A stretch of 64,000 bases of DNA, taken from assembly GCA_030550585.1 (NCBI GenBank), contig JAUQPB010000001.1, positions 96,001 to 160,000 on the forward strand, written 5' to 3'. Positions within the stretch are counted from its first letter, which is position 1; every line of letters begins with the position of its first letter. Position numbers and translations under genes: made by a program. This DNA comes from Thermoproteota archaeon. GTDB lineage: Archaea > Thermoproteota > Thermoprotei_A > Sulfolobales > Ignisphaeraceae. Under the pieces are notes generated by a model. The model was not told where the DNA came from. It searched no databases and worked only from the letters and a program-made list of their open reading frames with translations. This document shows positions 58,899 to 64,000 of the stretch, piece by piece.

Positions 58899-60132
58899 TT
58901 TGAGGGGCAATCTCACTTACGATCCAACCTTTTTCTTCTGATACCCTAGTTCTGGGGTTTTTCGATATTGCATTAACTGTTTTGAGTGTTTGGAGAGGAA
59001 CTCTAACCTCTCTAATCTTTATGGATTCAACTATCTCTCCATTTTCTATTAGAAAACTTGTTTGTGGGACAATCCTTATATACCCCTCTTCCAACATTGC
59101 TATTGATATTCCATCTATGAGAAAACCCCTTTTAGTTTCTTCTATCATTTCCCTCTCGCCCCAGTCTCCAGAGGCTAGAACAAGTGTTGTGTGGAATGGC
59201 GTGGGGTTTGTGAAGAGTCCGTGGGCCGAACCCGGTTCTGATGAAAATGATTTTGCTGTTGCCCTAGTGTGGTGCAGGTCTCTGATAACACCATTTTCTA
59301 TGAGCACTCTCTTCCTAGTTGTAACGCCCTCGTCATCAAAGAACCTTATAGCTGGGGTGTCATGTGTGTTCGGCTCGTCATATAGGTTGAACTCATCTGG
59401 AAACAGCTTAAACCCAATTAGCCTTATGCTATGTGGATACAATGGGCTTAGCATATGGGATATCTCGTGGATTAGAGCAGCTGTAGCCTCGTTGCCTAGG
59501 ATTATCTGAGATCTTCCAACTTCGTAGGGCTTCAAAGCCTTTACTTTAATGTTTTTACCGATCCTCGAAACAGTGTCTCTGAACAGCAGATCTATATTTC
59601 TCACAATTGAGTTTGCAGACCATGCAACAAAGGCGCTATGAGATGAAGCAAAAATGTTTTGACCATATGTTGTTGTGCCGAGAAACCCTATCTCAATATC
59701 TACAAACTTCTTTGATTCCTTGGCCTCATCCCCACCCTCTCTAGAGATAGTCCTCACCCTATGATGCATACCCACAACAATTTCACATTTAACATTATAA
59801 GAGGCTTTGACCTCTTGACACAGTTCTGTAACAAGTTTAGCAACCTCATCCTCTGACGGAAACTCCTTACCTATTTCAACAGATCCCTTGAACAGCTCAG
59901 CCTCTGAAAAATCGCTACAGACACTATCTCTTGCTAGACTCAAAGCCCTCTTCTCCAAATCGCTAGGGTCTGCATCAACACCTTGCCTAGAGACTATATA
60001 CCAACATCCACCTCTATTAACCCTAGCGCCAATAACGCTAGCTGTAAGGCTGTTTATCTCGATAGAGCCATCCCTATAAGAAATCTGTGTAACAGTCTCC
60101 TGATATCTAACTCTATCAATGTAAATATTCAT
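58873..60132 (-). CDS. TldD/PmbA-family metalloprotease
   Basis: LIHEISH, FDDEG, LIENG. Confidence 0.85.
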   Translation of the reverse strand: MNIYIDRVRYQETVTQISYRDGSIEINSLTASVIGARVNRGGCWYIVSRQGVDADPSDLEKRALSLARDSVCSDFSEAELFKGSVEIGKEFPSEDEVAKLVTELCQEVKASYNVKCEIVVGMHHRVRTISREGGDEAKESKKFVDIEIGFLGTTTYGQNIFASSHSAFVAWSANSIVRNIDLLFRDTVSRIGKNIKVKALKPYEVGRSQIILGNEATAALIHEISHMLSPLYPHSIRLIGFKLFPDEFNLYDEPNTHDTPAIRFFDDEGVTTRKRVLIENGVIRDLHHTRATAKSFSSEPGSAHGLFTNPTPFHTTLVLASGDWGEREMIEETKRGFLIDGISIAMLEEGYIRIVPQTSFLIENGEIVESIKIREVRVPLQTLKTVNAISKNPRTRVSEEKGWIVSEIAPQIRLEGFVY

Positions 60133-60221
60133 GGGATCACCGCTGATTATCTGTATTATGCTGGCATAAAGAGCTTAAGAGCCTAACCATTTGCCCAAGC
60201 CATAGCAACATTTATCAATTC

Positions 60222-60420
60222 ATGGCGGATCACATCTCCTACTGCTAGGGTTCATTCTGGTTTCCCCGCCCTCTGCACCCCCTTGGAGCTGAAAACATCA
60301 GCTACATCTTTACTGCATTGAAACTGTTTCTTTCCATTCTTCATAATGGTATTATGCCTTCAGGTCTACCATACCCATCTAATGTTCGTCTACCATCACT
60401 GGACTACTTCAATCCAAGGC
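60222..60420. other. Locally GC-rich, hairpin-forming intergenic element (candidate ncRNA or IS-end remnant)
   Basis: GGCGG/CCGCC, CCTA/TAGG, AGCTGA/TCAGCT and GCCTT/AAGGC stems; duplicated GTCTACCAT. Confidence 0.3.
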
Positions 60421-60453
60421 CAATATTTTAGAATCCTAAGAAATTGTTCAGAA

Positions 60454-61377
60454 TTACTTTGACCGGCGTATGTTAAATGGACGCCTCAACTCGTTGACTG
60501 CTATAAAAGCTTTTCTAATTCCATCCAAATCTATGTTGGGTCTTAGAAAGGGCTTTAGATCGATCCCCCTTGCAGACATTATGCACGGCAACAAAACACC
60601 GTTTGCTGTTAGCCTAATTCTGTTGCAGTACATACAGAAATATGTGTTGTGCAACCATTTGACAATCTCAACCTCGATTCCGGTATCAAGAATGTAAACG
60701 GGTCTGTGATGCAAATCTCTAAAATATTTCCTAGTTGCCACACCTTCTAGATACTTTATGATGCTGTCCAAAGGCTTGTAAAGCTTTTTGAAAACAGTGC
60801 TTGGCACGGATATCGGTTCGAGCTCTATGAATCTGAGTCTGTATCCGTGGCTAGATGCAAACTCTATGAAATCTTTGTACTCATCGTCATTAATGCTGTT
60901 CAATACTACGACATTTATTGTAACAGGTTTTAGGCCAGCCTCCAAAGCTGTTTCCAGACCTTTTAGCACCTTGTCTAATGCGTCCAAACCTGTGACATAT
61001 CTATACCTCTCTCTGTTAAGCGATGGGACAGACACATTAACTCTCCTCAAACCCGCCTCCGCCAACTTCTCTGCGTATACCTCGAGCCAATAGCCATTAG
61101 TAGTCATAGACAAGTCGCTCGGCTTGTGATCTGAAATAGCCTTTACTATCTCCACTATATCTCTTCTGACAAGTGGTTCGCCACCTGTAATCTTATACTC
61201 CCTTATACCGAGAGAAGTGGCTACATATGCTATGGCCTTGTACTCCTCTGGTGAAAGCCCACGACCATCGTTTACCAGACCTTCTCTATGGCAGTAGATA
61301 CAGTGGTAGTTACAGCTACTTGTAACACTAATTCTTAGATTTCTGAGCTCCCTCCCCCACTTGTCGACAAGTAGCAA
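60454..61377 (-). CDS. moaA: GTP 3',8-cyclase (radical SAM)
   Basis: D.WGR, LRISVT, CNYHCIYC, TGGEP, TTNG, FCMYCNRIR...PC. Confidence 0.93.
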   Translation of the reverse strand: MLLVDKWGRELRNLRISVTSSCNYHCIYCHREGLVNDGRGLSPEEYKAIAYVATSLGIREYKITGGEPLVRRDIVEIVKAISDHKPSDLSMTTNGYWLEVYAEKLAEAGLRRVNVSVPSLNRERYRYVTGLDALDKVLKGLETALEAGLKPVTINVVVLNSINDDEYKDFIEFASSHGYRLRFIELEPISVPSTVFKKLYKPLDSIIKYLEGVATRKYFRDLHHRPVYILDTGIEVEIVKWLHNTYFCMYCNRIRLTANGVLLPCIMSARGIDLKPFLRPNIDLDGIRKAFIAVNELRRPFNIRRSK

Positions 61378-61504
61378 AACAAGCCACTCAAACCACTTAT
61401 GGCATAGATCATCATAAATTAGAGCTGTTCTGAAATATAAGCTTAGTTAATATGAATGTTAATACAAGTTAACAAGTTAGCACACATCTTAAGGAACACT
61501 AAAA

Positions 61505-62824
61505 ATGATCAATGATGTGTGTCTTGCAATAGTATACGACAAGGACAACAGATATAGTGCAAACGCCTTGATAGCAGCTGTAGAATCTAGAAACCCTGGT
61601 TTACATGTAGCAAGAATACCACTATACAAATCGTTTGACGTGATCCAACAAATCATTGATTTGAACAAGTATTGTAAGAGAGTTATTGTTGGATTCTCGT
61701 TCATGACCCCACAAATCCTAGTTGTTAGAGAGTTGGTTAGATTAGTTAAGTTGTATGCTCCCAACTCATTGCTTGTTGCTGGAGGGCCCCATGCAAGTGG
61801 CGATCCTCTTGGAACTCTAACAAAACTTGGTTTTGATGTTGTTGTGTATGGTGAGGGGGAGGACACTATAAACGATATTATTAAGAGTTACAGCGATAGT
61901 GGGGAGTACAGAGTTTGTGGAACAGCGTATTTAGATGGCGACAAGGTTTATATTAGGAGGAGGACAAAGCCTGTTGACCTAGATTCGTATCCCCCATTTC
62001 CATATTGGAGAGGTGCTGTAAATCCGATCGAGATTATGAGAGGATGTTCGTCAGCCTGCTTCTTCTGCCAAGTGACATACACCTTTGGTAGACCTAGATA
62101 CAGGAGCGTGGAGACCGTGGTTAAATATGCTAGAATCTCTATTGAAAAGGGCTTGAGGGATTTGAGGTTCATAGCGCCGAACTCGCTTGGCTATGGAAGC
62201 CCAGACGGTGTGAAGCCAAATCATGAAATGCTCTACAGCCTACTCAGCAAACTACATACTATGGCTAGCGAAAATGGGGGTAGAATCTTCTTCGGAACCT
62301 TTCCAAGCGAAATAAGGCCAGATTCAGTAGATACGGAATCGGCTGACATGCTAAGAAGGTTTGCAGACAATAGAAGGGTTATAATCGGTGCGCAAAGCGG
62401 TTCCAACAAAGTATTGAAAATGATTCACAGAGGTCATAGCATCGAGGATGTTGAAAACGCTATCAATATCCTTAGTGAAGAGGGGTTTGCAATAGATGTT
62501 GACCTCATATTTGGTTTTCCATTCGAAGACGAAAACGACTTTGAAGAAACGCTGGCCTTTATGAAGAGGATGGAGGATAAAAACGTTAGATACCACCTCC
62601 ACACATTTATACCACTACCTGGCACACCATTCTCGGACTTAGAGGCTAAACCGCTTAGCCCTGAGAAAAAGGCTCTGCTGGCAAAATTCATTGGTAGGGG
62701 TAAAGCCTATGGCTATTGGATGGAACAGGAAAGGATTTCTGCAATGATAAGATGGCTAAAACAGAATAGGGTCATCTATAGCCTCAATGATAACCTCAAA
62801 AGATCTAAAATCAGTGTATGCTGA
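61505..62824 (+). CDS. B12-binding-domain radical SAM protein
   Basis: GGPHA, GEGE, RGCSSACFFC, GAQSGS, PLPGTP. Confidence 0.9.
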   Translation: MINDVCLAIVYDKDNRYSANALIAAVESRNPGLHVARIPLYKSFDVIQQIIDLNKYCKRVIVGFSFMTPQILVVRELVRLVKLYAPNSLLVAGGPHASGDPLGTLTKLGFDVVVYGEGEDTINDIIKSYSDSGEYRVCGTAYLDGDKVYIRRRTKPVDLDSYPPFPYWRGAVNPIEIMRGCSSACFFCQVTYTFGRPRYRSVETVVKYARISIEKGLRDLRFIAPNSLGYGSPDGVKPNHEMLYSLLSKLHTMASENGGRIFFGTFPSEIRPDSVDTESADMLRRFADNRRVIIGAQSGSNKVLKMIHRGHSIEDVENAINILSEEGFAIDVDLIFGFPFEDENDFEETLAFMKRMEDKNVRYHLHTFIPLPGTPFSDLEAKPLSPEKKALLAKFIGRGKAYGYWMEQERISAMIRWLKQNRVIYSLNDNLKRSKISVC

Positions 62825-62895
62825 GCCATGCAAAGGATAGTGTAAAACCATGTAAAGACATTCTAGAGAAAAAACTTTATAATAAAAATACCTTT

Positions 62896-63126
62896 TTATT
62901 CAACTTTTATCGATCCTGTTGGGCAGGAGGATGCAGCATTCTTTGCTGCTTCAACTAGGTTATCAGGGATTTCACCAACTGATTGCTTCTCATTATCACT
63001 CTTTCTATAGGGATCCCTAATCCTTGTTTTGCCTGTTGCTGGATCAAGCTCAAATATGTCTGGTGCTAGTGCCCAGCACACTCCACATGCTATACATGTC
63101 TCCTTATCCACTGTTACCTTAGCCAT
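62896..63126 (-). CDS. Ferredoxin
   Basis: CIACGVC...CPTG; ATG 63126 after GGTG. Confidence 0.92.
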   Translation of the reverse strand: MAKVTVDKETCIACGVCWALAPDIFELDPATGKTRIRDPYRKSDNEKQSVGEIPDNLVEAAKNAASSCPTGSIKVE

Positions 63127-63230
63127 TTTTTGCACCACTGTATCATTCAATGAGGTGAGCTTTAAAGCGTTTTGGGTAATAACAGAGATTGTGTAGCCGC
63201 TCCATTGCTTGGCATGATACCTTTGAATTC

Positions 63231-63998
63231 CTATTGTCTTGCAGAATAAACACCATTGAATTGGGTAGCTGCTCTGTTTAGGGTTCTGAGCCACGGAATC
63301 TTTACCGGCGCCATTGCTATTAGTGCTAGAAAGCCTTGGAAAATCCAGTTGACTGGAACAAGCAAGAGTACTGGGTCTAAGAATCTTTGGTGTAGTATTA
63401 GGTAGCTTGGCGCAAGAGCTATGGAAATCAACTCTATTTTTGCTAGGACAACTGTAAAGGCGGGTACTTGAATGAATTGTGATGCTATCAGCACTATGGC
63501 TGCTAGGAATGGTGCTGTCAATGCTACTGGCTGCAGATAGGTTAGCGACAGTAGAACAAGTTTTTTCTTGTTCAAAAACCTTCTATGTTTTACTATAGTA
63601 TCCTTAAAACATTGCAGTGTGCCTCTATACCATCTAATTCTCTGGTTGATCAAGCTCCTCAAATTTGATGGTGCGCCCTCAATAATAGGGCTATCCAGAA
63701 GTGCTATGTTTTCATTGTAGAATGATGCTAGTATAGATAGATATGCGTCTTCCGCTAGAACCTCTGGCAGCCCACCGATCTTTTCTATGAACTTCGATGA
63801 AATTGTCAAGCCCTCTCCACTGACAAGAGGCATGCCTACAAGTTTTGCTAACCCAGGCAATCCAACGTTATACCAAAGAAATGTGTCTATATATGACAGC
63901 TTCCCAATAACATTGTTGCCAACTCTATAGACCTTTGCACCGACAATACTGTAGCCACTCATAACGAGCTTCGCAACCTTTTCAAAATATGTGTTATC
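63231..63998 (-). CDS. Processive family 2 glycosyltransferase, C-terminal part (5' end outside the window)
   Basis: LAED, QRIRW (QxxRW), C-terminal TM helices; frame open to the window edge. Confidence 0.85.
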   Translation of the reverse strand, partial: DNTYFEKVAKLVMSGYSIVGAKVYRVGNNVIGKLSYIDTFLWYNVGLPGLAKLVGMPLVSGEGLTISSKFIEKIGGLPEVLAEDAYLSILASFYNENIALLDSPIIEGAPSNLRSLINQRIRWYRGTLQCFKDTIVKHRRFLNKKKLVLLSLTYLQPVALTAPFLAAIVLIASQFIQVPAFTVVLAKIELISIALAPSYLILHQRFLDPVLLLVPVNWIFQGFLALIAMAPVKIPWLRTLNRAATQFNGVYSARQ

Positions 63999-64000
63999 CA

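Noticed and set aside
60235-60290. Resemblance to a Moco riboswitch, RNase P RNA or SRP RNA
   Set aside because: Lies downstream, not upstream, of moaA, and the conserved cores of these RNAs are not recognisable
61365-61415. Minus-strand ATGATGA as a fifth C/D sRNA
   Set aside because: No properly spaced D', C' and D boxes
61445-61480. Short GTTAATA/ACAAGTTA direct repeats in the moaA divergent promoter
   Set aside because: Short and AT-rich; compatible with chance
63127-63294. N-terminal extension of ferredoxin in the ORF track (likewise purC, purD, the RbsA-like ATPase, DUF998 and the 19861 start)
   Set aside because: Extensions overlap neighbouring genes or promoters; downstream starts fit the family N-termini or RBS positions better
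1-64000. CRISPR arrays, tRNA/rRNA genes, integrases, transposases, inteins
   Set aside because: No periodic repeats, cloverleafs or such protein motifs seen by eye; NrdD and HerA have normal lengths

Overview
64 kb of core chromosome from a hyperthermophilic crenarchaeon. The Desulfurococcales/Ignisphaera-like assignment is inferred from gene content, GGTG/GGTGA ribosome-binding sites and TATA promoters. The window is gene-dense: nurA(3' part)-herA, TBP, guaA, glnA plus a split glutamate synthase, RNA-modification genes, a core MetE next to a CitG homologue, nadE, alpha-glucan phosphorylase, a purCSQLF-F'-DTM cluster, class III RNR, ABC transporter parts, TldD, moaA, a B12-binding radical SAM protein, ferredoxin and a GT2. 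I found no CRISPR array, tRNA, rRNA or intact mobile element, and no single large novel locus stands out. The best signals beyond the ORF track are: (1) four box C/D guide sRNAs, two apparently aimed at interleaved sites of one 16S segment and one possibly at the 16S 5' end; (2) a TBP frame with no ATG/GTG/TTG before its first repeat (candidate AUU start); (3) a divergent pair of small membrane proteins sharing an LWG-x6-[ED]H motif; (4) a lone HEPN-motif protein; (5) an ACT-like insertion in GltB1; (6) two complementary degenerate YjbQ paralogues; (7) a decayed transporter. All product calls come from motif recognition by eye. rRNA target sequences are recalled from conserved archaeal rRNA and must be checked against this organism's own rRNA.
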